Origin: Puia sp.
GTDB lineage: Bacteria; Bacteroidota; Bacteroidia; Chitinophagales; Chitinophagaceae
Assembly (NCBI GenBank): GCA_036500545.1
Contig: DASYBV010000032.1
Span: 45,721-109,720, forward strand
Direction of reading: 5' to 3'
DNA: 64,000 nt
In this document: in pieces, positions 20,103 to 30,053 of the stretch
How the letters are laid out: every line of letters begins with the position of its first letter
Numbering within the stretch: the first letter of the stretch is position 1
Translations under genes and position numbers: made by a program
Notes under the pieces: generated by a model
The model's input: the letters and a program-made list of their open reading frames with translations, nothing else
The model's database searches: none
What the model was told of the DNA's origin: nothing

Positions 20103-22124
20103 ATGAAATTTGCATCTCCCTTCCTGTCGGGGATCCTGGTAGTTTTCCTGCCCGCCGTATTGTCGGCCCAGCCGGGCCGTCCCGACATGAAGTTCGGTGA
20201 AGTGTCCTCACAAATATTTGCTCCCGCCGTCTATGGATTGGACAGCAATGCCAATGCCGTTGTCTTATTTGACAGGGGAGAAGTAGTCTTCGATGAGGCA
20301 TCCCGTGACAATCATGGATTCGATATTGTATTCGAAAAACACGCCCGTATCCGTCTGCTTCATAAGAATGCCTTTGGCCTGGCCAGCATGGTCCTTTCCA
20401 CCTCCAACCGGAAGAATGCCAATGCTGCGACCATCGAGAATTTCAAGGGTGCGACCTATAACCTCGAAGACGGGAAGGTGGTCGTGACAAAACTGGACAA
20501 AAGCAATATTTTTAAGGAACAGAACGGTGATCTGACCCTGGAGAAGATCGCCTTTCCGAATGTAAAGGAAGGGTCCGTTATCGAATATACTTTTCGTATC
20601 GCTTTTCCCGGCTTCTCCTATATACCCGAGTGGACCTTCCAGGGAGAGTACCCTGTATTATGGAGCGAATATGATATCACGTTCCCCACGCTGTTCGATT
20701 ATGTCACGGAAAAACAGGGCTACCAGAAATTTGCCCTGGACACCGTCTTTGTCTCCAATGCCACGATCCCCGTTACGTTCCCGGGCATCGGGTTTGGACC
20801 CCCATACCGCGGAACATGGTCGGGAGAGGTAGTACGGCATATATGGGCCATGCAGAACGTCCCCGTGCTGGAAAAACGGGAACCCTTTACCACCACGCTC
20901 CGGAACCACATCAGTAAAATTGAATTCCAGCTGTCTTCGATCCGGGTATCCGGCTATAACAGGAGCTTTCTTTCGACCTGGGACGAGCTGACCGATCAGC
21001 TCATGAAGGACGAACATTTCGGGATACCCCTCACCGATCGTAACCACTGGATGAATGACGAGCTTAAAAAGATCACCGGAGACGATAAGACATCCCTCCA
21101 GTCGGTCAGGAATGTCTATACCTATGTACGGGATCATTTCGATTGCTCGAATGCGGAGGGGATCCGGATCTCCCAGCCGTTCAAGACGACCTGGGACGAT
21201 AAAAAGGGGAACGTGGCCGACATCAACCTGCTGCTGACGGCGCTGTACCAGCACCAGGGATTGGAGGCATCGCCCGTGATCCTCAGTTCCCGTGCGCATG
21301 GTTTTGCCCTGCCCTCCTATCCGCTTATAAAAGATTACAATTATGTGATCACCCGTGTCAGGGTCGACGGACAATATTATCTGCTGGACGCTTCCAAAAA
21401 TTATATCGGGTTCAACCAACTTCCCGAACTCTGCTATAACGGCGTGGCGCGGGCCATCGATGCCAGCCATGATCCCATCCTTTTATCACCCGACTCCCTG
21501 ACGGAGAGAAGGACCACAACGGTCAACCTTTCCCTCGACAGCGCCGGTCTCGCGGGGAAACTGGTCCATGAAGCGGGTCGCTTTGAATCGATGGAACTGC
21601 ACAACCGGCTGAAGAAGACCAAACCGGAGGATTTTTTTGAGGCCCTGCGCAAGACGATGGCTGGTTATAAAACCATTACGGAAAGCAGTTTCGATACCCT
21701 GACCCTGAAGGACCAGGACCTGCCCGTGGTCTGGCATTATACTATGAAATATCGATTTGTCAACAGGACCATCACCTTCACCCCGATCATGTACGACAGA
21801 CAGATCAATCCATTTACTTCGGCCGATCGCCACTATCCCGTCGAAATGCCCTTTGGGGGAGACTATACCTATAACCTGAATATGGCGATCCCCACAGGAT
21901 ATACCGTCGAGCAGCTGCCGAAATCCCAGCGGGTCATCATGGACGATAGCACCTGTATCTTTGAATACCGGGCGGAATCGGACGGGAAGAACATCCGTCT
22001 TTCCTCGATGGTGCGTATCAAGAGAACATGGTTCCCCGTAGAAGGATACGAAGGACTGCGGAACTTCTTCTCCCTCGTCGCCAACAAGGAAAAAGAACAG
22101 ATCATCTTTAAAAAACTCCACTGA
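20103..22124 (+). CDS. DUF3857/transglutaminase-like superfamily protein, catalytically degenerate paralog
   Basis: 673-aa ORF with a signal peptide. The region KKGNVADINLLLTAL...NYVITRV aligns with the Cys and His positions of the downstream paralog but has Val and Tyr there. Confidence 0.6.
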   Translation: MKFASPFLSGILVVFLPAVLSAQPGRPDMKFGEVSSQIFAPAVYGLDSNANAVVLFDRGEVVFDEASRDNHGFDIVFEKHARIRLLHKNAFGLASMVLSTSNRKNANAATIENFKGATYNLEDGKVVVTKLDKSNIFKEQNGDLTLEKIAFPNVKEGSVIEYTFRIAFPGFSYIPEWTFQGEYPVLWSEYDITFPTLFDYVTEKQGYQKFALDTVFVSNATIPVTFPGIGFGPPYRGTWSGEVVRHIWAMQNVPVLEKREPFTTTLRNHISKIEFQLSSIRVSGYNRSFLSTWDELTDQLMKDEHFGIPLTDRNHWMNDELKKITGDDKTSLQSVRNVYTYVRDHFDCSNAEGIRISQPFKTTWDDKKGNVADINLLLTALYQHQGLEASPVILSSRAHGFALPSYPLIKDYNYVITRVRVDGQYYLLDASKNYIGFNQLPELCYNGVARAIDASHDPILLSPDSLTERRTTTVNLSLDSAGLAGKLVHEAGRFESMELHNRLKKTKPEDFFEALRKTMAGYKTITESSFDTLTLKDQDLPVVWHYTMKYRFVNRTITFTPIMYDRQINPFTSADRHYPVEMPFGGDYTYNLNMAIPTGYTVEQLPKSQRVIMDDSTCIFEYRAESDGKNIRLSSMVRIKRTWFPVEGYEGLRNFFSLVANKEKEQIIFKKLH

Positions 22125-22126
22125 TC

Positions 22127-24076
22127 ATGTCTGTCCGATCTCCCCAACGCTCCCGCCGGCATTTTTCTCTTCTCCGGCATTTCTCCCTTCTGCTGACAGC
22201 CTGTACCCTGGTCCTGCAGCTTCGTGCCCAGGATTGGACCCCCGCCCCCCTCCCCGATTCCCTGCAAAAGAACGCCGGGATGGTCAAAAGACTGGACGTG
22301 ACGGAACTGGAGATCCTGTCCCCCCGCAAGGCCCGGCTGCACTACCGGCGCATATTCACCATCCTGGACAATACCGGAGACAGATATGCGGTCGTATCTG
22401 CGCTCTATGATAAATTCCACAACCCCGACAATATCACCGCGGTCCTTTATGACGCGACAGGCAAGGTGCAGAAGAAGGTCCGGAAGAGCGACATGTCCGA
22501 CCAGACCATCGATGGGGCGGGGATCATCATGAGCGATACCCGGGTGAAATACTATCGGTTCGCCTTTCACAGCTATCCCTATACGATCAGCTATGAGGAG
22601 GAGACGGAGCTCAACGGCCTGTTTATCTTACCCTCGTGGCAGCCCCAGTCCTCCCCCGGGATATCCGTAGAACATTCCAGCCTGGTGGTAAAGACGCCCG
22701 CGGGATATCCCCTTCGGTATAAACAATACAATTACCCGCAGGAACCCGTCATCACGGAGAAAAAAGACGAAAAGACCTATACCTGGGAATGTAATGACCG
22801 CCCGGTAGTGCCGCAGGAACCCTTCACCATTCCCTGGCAATGGCGGGAAACCCGCGTCAGCCTTGCTCCCGGCAATTTTGAGATCGAAGGGTACAAAGGC
22901 AGCCTCTATACCTGGACGGATATGGGAAAATTTGTGGGATCCTTGTTCCAGGGACAGGACCAGCTGTCGGAAGAGGCAAAGAAAAAGGTCCATTCCCTGA
23001 CAGACGGTCTTCCCGACGAGCAGGCAAAAATAAAAGCGCTGTATGACTTCCTGCAAAAGAATACCCATTATGTAGGCATCGAGCTGGGCATCGGCGGCTG
23101 GCAGCCCTTTAATGCAAACTATGTCTATACAAAAAGATATGGGGATTGCAAGGCGCTCTCCAATTTTATGGTGGCCCTTCTGAAAGAAGCCGGCATCCGC
23201 GCAGGGTCGGTACTCATCCGGGGCGGATACAACGATCCGGGCATCGACACCGGTTTTGCCTCCAGCCAGTTCAACCATGTGATCACGCTGGCCTTTGCCG
23301 GCAAGGATTCTATCTGGCTGGAATGTACCAGCGCTATCCTGGCGCCCGGATACCTGGGTGGTTTTACTTCCGACAGGGATGGCCTGCTGATCGACGGCTC
23401 GGGCGGCACGATCGTACATACCCCCGTCTATAGCGCACAGGACAACCGGTTGACGCGGATCCTGAACGGCAGCATCGATAACAACGGCACCCTACGGTGT
23501 TCGCTGCAGATAGACTATACCGGACAGGAACAGGATGCCCTGCAGAACCTGCTGGACCGGTCGTCCAAAAAAGAGCTGCTGGACCAAAGACAGCAATCCT
23601 TTGGCCAGAACGGCACGGTCACCGACCTCCATTACCAGGCGATGCCTGCCTCTCCCATCCCGGCCATCGAAGAGACGATGCAGCTATCGATCGATCATTA
23701 CTCCAATATTACCGGCAGCCGGCTGATGCTGCCTCTCGGCTTTTTTTTAAAAAGGGCGGTCGCCGTATCGGAAGATCCCCAGGGCCGGAAAAACGAGATC
23801 GAGTTGACCACCTCCGTCCAGGAAACGGACTCTATCGTCCTCCGGATCCCGCCCGGCTATGAACCGGAAGGCGCGCTGCTGTCGCGCAATTTCTCTTCCT
23901 CCTTTGGCAGCTATCACTATCATTCCGAGCGGAAAGGCGACACCCTGATCCTGACCTGCCAGTTCCGGCAAAACAAAGGACGATACCCTCCATCCGTCTA
24001 TCCCAGGCTCGCTGCCTTCTTCAATGCAGTCCACCGGGAGAACCAGCGCCAACTCATATTTGTCAGGAAGTCGTAA
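22127..24076 (+). CDS. DUF3857 plus transglutaminase-like cysteine protease domain protein
   Basis: 649-aa ORF with RYGDCKALSNFMVALLKEAGI (core Cys), FNHVITLAF (His) and WLECTS. It starts 2 nt after the upstream paralog. Confidence 0.65.
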   Translation: MSVRSPQRSRRHFSLLRHFSLLLTACTLVLQLRAQDWTPAPLPDSLQKNAGMVKRLDVTELEILSPRKARLHYRRIFTILDNTGDRYAVVSALYDKFHNPDNITAVLYDATGKVQKKVRKSDMSDQTIDGAGIIMSDTRVKYYRFAFHSYPYTISYEEETELNGLFILPSWQPQSSPGISVEHSSLVVKTPAGYPLRYKQYNYPQEPVITEKKDEKTYTWECNDRPVVPQEPFTIPWQWRETRVSLAPGNFEIEGYKGSLYTWTDMGKFVGSLFQGQDQLSEEAKKKVHSLTDGLPDEQAKIKALYDFLQKNTHYVGIELGIGGWQPFNANYVYTKRYGDCKALSNFMVALLKEAGIRAGSVLIRGGYNDPGIDTGFASSQFNHVITLAFAGKDSIWLECTSAILAPGYLGGFTSDRDGLLIDGSGGTIVHTPVYSAQDNRLTRILNGSIDNNGTLRCSLQIDYTGQEQDALQNLLDRSSKKELLDQRQQSFGQNGTVTDLHYQAMPASPIPAIEETMQLSIDHYSNITGSRLMLPLGFFLKRAVAVSEDPQGRKNEIELTTSVQETDSIVLRIPPGYEPEGALLSRNFSSSFGSYHYHSERKGDTLILTCQFRQNKGRYPPSVYPRLAAFFNAVHRENQRQLIFVRKS

Positions 24077-24097
24077 AATCGCTACATTTAACGTGTT

Positions 24098-24340
24098 ATG
24101 ACCAACAAAGAATTCTCCTCCATAGAAGTCGAAAAGCTGACCCGATCGTCCTTACCCGCCCCCAGCGACGACCTGGTCGGCCAATATTATAAGATCCCGT
24201 ACAACGACGCTCCGGACCCCAGTGTCCCGGCACCGGCAGAAGCCCCGAAAAGCTGGAAAAATGGCGTTTTTAAGTTGACGGAAAAGATGGAATGGATCTT
24301 TATCGGTATCGGGCTCATCCAGCCGGAAGGATCGCTGTAA
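24098..24340 (+). CDS. Hypothetical 80-aa protein
   Basis: ORF starting 21 nt after the preceding gene. It is Pro/Ala-rich in the middle with a hydrophobic C-terminus (WIFIGIGLI). No family recognised. Confidence 0.3.
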   Translation: MTNKEFSSIEVEKLTRSSLPAPSDDLVGQYYKIPYNDAPDPSVPAPAEAPKSWKNGVFKLTEKMEWIFIGIGLIQPEGSL

Positions 24341-24493
24341 CGGCCATTATTCTCCCTACCGCACTACCTTATAGAAGATAATTCTATAATAATCAGGAAA
24401 TTGATTATTGAGATCTCCTAACATATATAGTATTGCTATATATGTTTCTCTTTACACGATCTTATTATTATCTTGGTTCAAATTCAATACCCC

Positions 24494-27400
24494 ATGCCCA
24501 AAATCTACCCTGGGAACAAGCCTTCCTATGGCATTGGAAAACCGTCGTTATTGCTCATCCTTGCGATAGCTTTCCCGTTTTTTCTTTTTGCACAACCGGC
24601 TATTACCTCCCTTTCGCCCGCCGCAGGGCCGGTCGGGACGCCAATAACCATTACCGGTAGCAACTTCAATACCACGCCTTCCGCCAACATCGTCTATTTC
24701 GGATCGGTAAAGGCTACGGTATCCGCCGCCACGGCGACGACGCTGACGGTCACCGTTCCGACGGGCGCCAGCTATCAGCCCCTGACGGTGACGACGGGCG
24801 GTCTGACGGCTGCCTCCGCGCAACCCTTTAACATTACCTTTAGCGACCCCAACCAATTTACGGCCAATGCCTTTTCCCAGCGAACGAACCCGGACATAGG
24901 GACGGATCTCGGACCACAGGGGATCTACTCCGTCGACATGGACGGGGACGGTAAACCGGATATGATCGTCGCCAACGGCGATGCCAACAGCATCTCCCTT
25001 TACAGGAATACCAGCGCCGCGGGAGCGACCTCCTTTGTCCTTGTCAACTCATATCCCATGAGCCAAAGCCCGATAGATTATCCCGTCGGCGTAACGGCAG
25101 GCGACCTGGACGGGGATGGTAAACCGGATATAGTCATCAGCAATATCAATTCCACCACCATCGCGATCTTCCGCAACACCAGCACGACGGGTAATATTTC
25201 CCTGGCGACGCCGGTCTATTTCCAGGCATCGGCCGGCACGGGCCCCCTGTCCGTGAGCATCGGCGATCTTAACGGGGACGGCAAACCGGAGATCATCACC
25301 GCCTGTCCCGGGCTCGATGGGCCTTCCACCTATAACACCCTGACCATTTATAGCAATAGCAGCACTCCCGGCAACATTTCCTTTCCGACCTCGGGACAGG
25401 ACCTCGTCCTGCCGCCCGGGAGCTTCCCGGAGACCGTAGTCATCGGGGATTTTGACGGCGACGGCAAACCGGACCTGGCCACGGAGGATTATTATTCGTC
25501 CTTTGTCTCTATATTCCGGAATACCAGCATAACCAATGGAGCGATCTCCTTTGCCGTCAACCAGGATTTCCCGACAGGCATGAATCCCAATGGGCTCGCC
25601 GCCGCCGACCTGGACGGAGACGGCAAGATCGACCTGGTAACCGTAAACCAGACCGACCAGACGATCTCCCTGTTACGAAATACCACTACCGGCAGCACGT
25701 TCTCCTTCGATCCGGGAACGGGCACAGCCCCTCCTACCGGGCTTGGTCCACAGGATATCGGTATCGCAGATCTTGACGGGGATGGCAAACCGGACCTGAC
25801 CGTCACCAATGTCACCGACGGAACGGTATCCGTATTCCGTAATACCGGCACCAGCGGCAGTCTTTCCGTCGCAACGGCCGTTATTTATCCGACGGGTTCA
25901 TCCCCCCAGTATATTACCATCGCCGACTTCGATGGCGACGGCAAACCGGACCTGGCTACCTCCAATTATAATGACAACACATTCGCCGTATTAAGGGACC
26001 AGGGAGCATCGGAACCGATCGTCCGCTCCTTCTCTCCAATAAAGGGGCCGGCCGGGACGCTTGTGACGATCATCGGGAATAATTTTACCGGGGCGACCAG
26101 TACCACTTTTGGAGACACCCTTGCGACCTCCTTTAACATCGTCTCCGATACATTGATAACGGCTACCGTTGGAGCCGGCGCATCCGGCGCTGTCGTCGTG
26201 ACGACTCCTGTCGGTACGGGCTCACTCAATGGATTTACTTACCAGCTGCCGCCCCCTGTTATTCATTCGTTCGCCCCCGTCACGGGACCACCCGGGACAA
26301 AAGTATTTATCTCGGGGAGCGGCTTTAGCACGGTCACACAAATAGGTTTTGGCGGTACGCCGGCTACGTCGTTCGGTATCGTTGCAGATACCCTTGTCTA
26401 TGCCCTGGTAGGAACCGGCTCTTCGGGAAAGATCACGGTCCTCTCTCCCAATGGCTCGGACTCATTGGGTGTCTTTACCTTTATAGATACCACGACGCCA
26501 CCACCGCCACCACCGCCACCACCGCCACCGGTCGCATTGGATCTTAGCTCCTTTTCACCCACCAGTGGACAAACCGGGACACCGGTCACGCTCAAGGGGA
26601 TCAGTTTTACAGGGGCCACCGCCGTCAGCTTTGGCGGGACGCCTGCACGTTCCTATACTATTGTATCGGATAGCGTACTTGTCGCGGTTGTCGGGACAGG
26701 TACTTCCGGACAGGTATGGGTGACGGGGCCCAACGGAATGGACAGCCTGCCCGGGTTCACCTATAGTCAACCCGTCCAGCTGGTTTATTCCATCACCTCC
26801 TTCTCTCCCACAAGCGGAAATACGGGTACCACGATAACGATCCGGGGAACCAACCTGAATGGCGCCACCTCCGTCCGCTTCGGGGATTCATTGGCTGCCT
26901 CCTTCGCGGTCACTTCCGACAGTACCATCATCGCCCTCGTCGGCAACGGCGCGAGCGGGGAAGTCAACGTATCGGGCCTTTCCTGGCAGGATTCTCTTGC
27001 CGGGTTTACGTATATACAGGATACCGGCCATTCCGGATCGGGTGGGACGCCGCCGCCTCCACCGCCGGTGACCGTCTTTGAGCTGTTGCAGTTCTCCGGT
27101 TCCTTATCCGGCGACCAGCCGGTATTGCAATGGGTGGCCCGCAACGATAAGGGCATCTTCCATTACGTAGTGGAACGCGGGACCGACAGCACCGACCTGT
27201 CCGTCCTGACCAGCATACCGCCGGACACAAAGGATCCGGGTAATCACGGCTATGCATATACGGACCTTACCCCGCGGGCCGGCACCAATTATTACCGGCT
27301 TAAGATGGTGGATACTTCCGGCTCCTTTATTTACAGCATCGTCATCCAACTAAAGGCAAAAGGAACGACGGACCGGTTGTCGATCTATCCAAACCCCGTA

Positions 27401-27613
27401 AAATACGGGTGGACGCTTGTAGACATCCCGGGTATCACCCGGCCCTCGCACATCGAGGTGACGGACATGCTGGGTAAGATAATAAAGGCGCAGGATGTCA
27501 ACGCGAACACCCCGCAGGTCCGTGTCGATCTGCCGGGATTGCTCAAAGGAACCTATAAAATGGTCTGGACCGACGGAACGAATTATTCGTGGGGAACGAT
27601 CCTTGTCTTATAG
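24494..27613 (+). CDS. Large T9SS-secreted surface protein: IPT/TIG, seven FG-GAP/VCBS repeats, four IPT/TIG, Fn3-like domain and Por_Secre_tail CTD
   Basis: Start chosen at MPKIYPG (24494). It has seven D(x)DGDGKPD calcium-loop repeats, five IPT-like units (SFSPxxGxxGTxVTIxGxxF) and two proline runs (11 P and 6 P). The C-terminus is LSIYPNPV...GTYKMVW, typical of type A T9SS sorting domains. Confidence 0.8.
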   Translation: MPKIYPGNKPSYGIGKPSLLLILAIAFPFFLFAQPAITSLSPAAGPVGTPITITGSNFNTTPSANIVYFGSVKATVSAATATTLTVTVPTGASYQPLTVTTGGLTAASAQPFNITFSDPNQFTANAFSQRTNPDIGTDLGPQGIYSVDMDGDGKPDMIVANGDANSISLYRNTSAAGATSFVLVNSYPMSQSPIDYPVGVTAGDLDGDGKPDIVISNINSTTIAIFRNTSTTGNISLATPVYFQASAGTGPLSVSIGDLNGDGKPEIITACPGLDGPSTYNTLTIYSNSSTPGNISFPTSGQDLVLPPGSFPETVVIGDFDGDGKPDLATEDYYSSFVSIFRNTSITNGAISFAVNQDFPTGMNPNGLAAADLDGDGKIDLVTVNQTDQTISLLRNTTTGSTFSFDPGTGTAPPTGLGPQDIGIADLDGDGKPDLTVTNVTDGTVSVFRNTGTSGSLSVATAVIYPTGSSPQYITIADFDGDGKPDLATSNYNDNTFAVLRDQGASEPIVRSFSPIKGPAGTLVTIIGNNFTGATSTTFGDTLATSFNIVSDTLITATVGAGASGAVVVTTPVGTGSLNGFTYQLPPPVIHSFAPVTGPPGTKVFISGSGFSTVTQIGFGGTPATSFGIVADTLVYALVGTGSSGKITVLSPNGSDSLGVFTFIDTTTPPPPPPPPPPPVALDLSSFSPTSGQTGTPVTLKGISFTGATAVSFGGTPARSYTIVSDSVLVAVVGTGTSGQVWVTGPNGMDSLPGFTYSQPVQLVYSITSFSPTSGNTGTTITIRGTNLNGATSVRFGDSLAASFAVTSDSTIIALVGNGASGEVNVSGLSWQDSLAGFTYIQDTGHSGSGGTPPPPPPVTVFELLQFSGSLSGDQPVLQWVARNDKGIFHYVVERGTDSTDLSVLTSIPPDTKDPGNHGYAYTDLTPRAGTNYYRLKMVDTSGSFIYSIVIQLKAKGTTDRLSIYPNPVKYGWTLVDIPGITRPSHIEVTDMLGKIIKAQDVNANTPQVRVDLPGLLKGTYKMVWTDGTNYSWGTILVL
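26498..26530 (+). repeat. In-frame simple sequence repeat (CCACCACCG)x3 + CCACCG encoding 11 consecutive prolines
   Basis: Read directly from the sequence: cca cca ccg repeated three times, then cca ccg. Confidence 0.9.
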
Positions 27614-27620
27614 TAATGAG

Positions 27621-30044
27621 CTAGCTGGCCGGCCATTTCCAGTTCCGCACTTCGGGCATATCCTGTCCTTCCTCGTCTATATATAGACGGTGTTGGATCA
27701 GCTTGTCCTGCATTTCCTGTTTCAGCCAGCCGCATCTTTCTCCCAGCTGCGGCAGCCTGTCGATGACGTCCATGACCAGGTGATAACGGTCCATATCGTT
27801 GAGCACGGTCATGTCGAAAGGAGTAGTGATGGTCCCTTCCTCCTTGTACCCACGGACATGCAGGTTGCCGTGATTGGTACGCCGGTATGTCAGCCGGTGG
27901 ATCAGCCAGGGATAACCGTGATAGGCAAAGATGATGGGTTTCCCGCGGGTAAAGAGATGATCGAAGTCGGCATCGCTGAGTCCATGCGGATGCTCGCTCT
28001 GCGGCTGCAGTTTCATCAGGTCGACCACATTGACCATCCGGATCACCAGTTCCGGAACCCGCTGACGCAGGATGGAGACGGCGGCGAGGATCTCCAGCGT
28101 AGGGACGTCACCGGCAGCGGCCATGACGACATCCGGCTCACCGTCCCGGTCATTGCTGGCCCACTCCCAGATCCCGATCCCCCTGGCGCAATGCAGGGCG
28201 GCCTGTTCCATAGTAAGCCATTGAGGCGCCGGATGCTTGCCCGCGACGACCACATTTACATAATGCCGGCTGCGCAGACAGTGGTCCATGATCGAGAGCA
28301 GGCAGTTTGCATCGGGCGCAAGATATACCCGGACGATCTCCGCCTTCTTATTCATCACATGATCGATAAAACCCGGGTCCTGGTGCGTAAACCCGTTATG
28401 ATCCTGTCGCCATACATGAGAGGCGAGCAGGTAGTTGAGAGAGGCGATCTTCTTCCGCCAGGGAAGATGGGAGGTCACCTTCAGCCATTTGGCATGCTGG
28501 TTGAACATGGAGTCCACGATATGCACAAAGGCCTCATAACTATTAAAAAGCCCGTGACGGCCCGTAAGAAGATAGCCCTCCAGCCAGCCTTCGCATTGAT
28601 GTTCGCTCAGCACCTCCATCACACGCCCGTCGCGGCTGAGATATTGATCATTGTCGCGGGTCTCCGCCTCCCATTGACGATTCGTTGCCGTAAAAACGGC
28701 ATCCAGCCTGTTGGACAGCGTCTCATCCGGTCCGAAGAGCCGGAAATTTCGCCGGTCCTGGTTGAGGCGGATCACTTCGGCCAGAAACGATCCCAGCACC
28801 AATGTATCGGATGCATTATCGGCGCCCGGGGCAGGGACCTTTACCGCAAAGTCGCGGAAGTCCGGCATTTTCAGGTCTAACAGCAACAGTCCGCCATTTG
28901 CATGTGGATTGGCGCCCATCCTCCGGTCGCCGGCGGGAGCCAGCTCCGCCAATTCGGCCCGGAAGGCCCCCTTTTCATCGAACAATTCTTCCGGCTGATA
29001 GCTTTTCATCCATTCCTCCAGCTGCCGCAGATGCTCCGGGTTTTTGGAAGGGTCTGAAAGGGGGACCTGGTGTGCCCGGAAGGTTCCTTCTACCGGTAAT
29101 CCATCCACGAATTTTGGACCCGTCCATCCCTTTGGCGTCTGCAGGACGAGCATGGGCCAGCGGGGGCGTATTGTATTGCCGCCCGCACGGGCTTCCTGGC
29201 GGATGGCCCGGATTTGCCAGACGATGGCATCGAGCGCAGCGGCCATGGCCTGGTGCATTTTCTTTGGATCGTCGCCTTCGACAAAGTAAGGCGTCCAGCC
29301 ATAGCCATTCATCAGCTGTTCCAGCTCGGAGCGGCTGATACGGGCCAGGATGGTAGGATTGGCGATCTTATAGCCATTAAGATGAAGGATGGGCAGCACG
29401 GTCCCGTCGGTCACCGGGTTCAGGAACTTATTGGAATGCCAGGACGTGGCCAGCGGACCCGTCTCTGCCTCGCCATCTCCCACCACACAGCCGACGATAA
29501 GATCGGGGTTGTCGAATACGGCGCCAAAGGCATGGCTCAGCGAATAACCCAGCTCACCGCCCTCATGGATCGAGCCGGGACATTCCGGGGAGACATGGCT
29601 GGGAATGCCACCGGGGAAAGAGAACTGTTTGAACAGTTTTCGAAGGCCGGCTTCATCCCTGCTGATGTCCGGGTAGACCTCGCTATACGTTCCTTCGAGA
29701 TAGGTGCTGCCTACAAGCGCGGGTCCACCGTGACCGGGACCCGCCACATAGATCATATCGAGGTCATACTGCCGGATGATCCTGTTGAGATGGGCATAGA
29801 TAAAATTCTGCCCGGGTGAAGTCCCCCAATGTCCCAGCAACATATGTTTGATATGCTCGATCCGGAGCGGTTCCCGCAACAGCGGGTTATCCCGTAAATA
29901 GATCTGCCCGACGCAGAGATAGTTCGCGGCCCTCCACCAGGCATCGATCTTATACAATTGTTCGGGGGAAAGCGGACCGCCTTCCTGGCTGACATTGGCT
30001 GTGGAATACGGGTTGCCCGTCTGATCCGTCGTAAGGGTTGTCAT
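27621..30044 (-). CDS. xfp: Xylulose-5-phosphate/fructose-6-phosphate phosphoketolase
   Basis: 807-aa ORF with [46 protein letters not shown] and [15 protein letters not shown]. These are signature phosphoketolase regions. Confidence 0.92.
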   Translation of the reverse strand: MTTLTTDQTGNPYSTANVSQEGGPLSPEQLYKIDAWWRAANYLCVGQIYLRDNPLLREPLRIEHIKHMLLGHWGTSPGQNFIYAHLNRIIRQYDLDMIYVAGPGHGGPALVGSTYLEGTYSEVYPDISRDEAGLRKLFKQFSFPGGIPSHVSPECPGSIHEGGELGYSLSHAFGAVFDNPDLIVGCVVGDGEAETGPLATSWHSNKFLNPVTDGTVLPILHLNGYKIANPTILARISRSELEQLMNGYGWTPYFVEGDDPKKMHQAMAAALDAIVWQIRAIRQEARAGGNTIRPRWPMLVLQTPKGWTGPKFVDGLPVEGTFRAHQVPLSDPSKNPEHLRQLEEWMKSYQPEELFDEKGAFRAELAELAPAGDRRMGANPHANGGLLLLDLKMPDFRDFAVKVPAPGADNASDTLVLGSFLAEVIRLNQDRRNFRLFGPDETLSNRLDAVFTATNRQWEAETRDNDQYLSRDGRVMEVLSEHQCEGWLEGYLLTGRHGLFNSYEAFVHIVDSMFNQHAKWLKVTSHLPWRKKIASLNYLLASHVWRQDHNGFTHQDPGFIDHVMNKKAEIVRVYLAPDANCLLSIMDHCLRSRHYVNVVVAGKHPAPQWLTMEQAALHCARGIGIWEWASNDRDGEPDVVMAAAGDVPTLEILAAVSILRQRVPELVIRMVNVVDLMKLQPQSEHPHGLSDADFDHLFTRGKPIIFAYHGYPWLIHRLTYRRTNHGNLHVRGYKEEGTITTPFDMTVLNDMDRYHLVMDVIDRLPQLGERCGWLKQEMQDKLIQHRLYIDEEGQDMPEVRNWKWPAS

Positions 30045-30053
30045 AAAACTGGT

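Noticed and set aside
24940-25960. Periodic DNA repeats GAYGGNGAYGGYAAACCGGA about every 160 nt, considered as a possible CRISPR-like or tandem array
   Set aside because: They are the codons of the seven DGDGKPD calcium loops of the FG-GAP repeats within one continuous ORF. The spacers are in-frame coding sequence.
27690-28880. 396-aa plus-strand ORF opposite phosphoketolase
   Set aside because: It is antisense to an unmistakable xfp gene and has no recognisable motifs.
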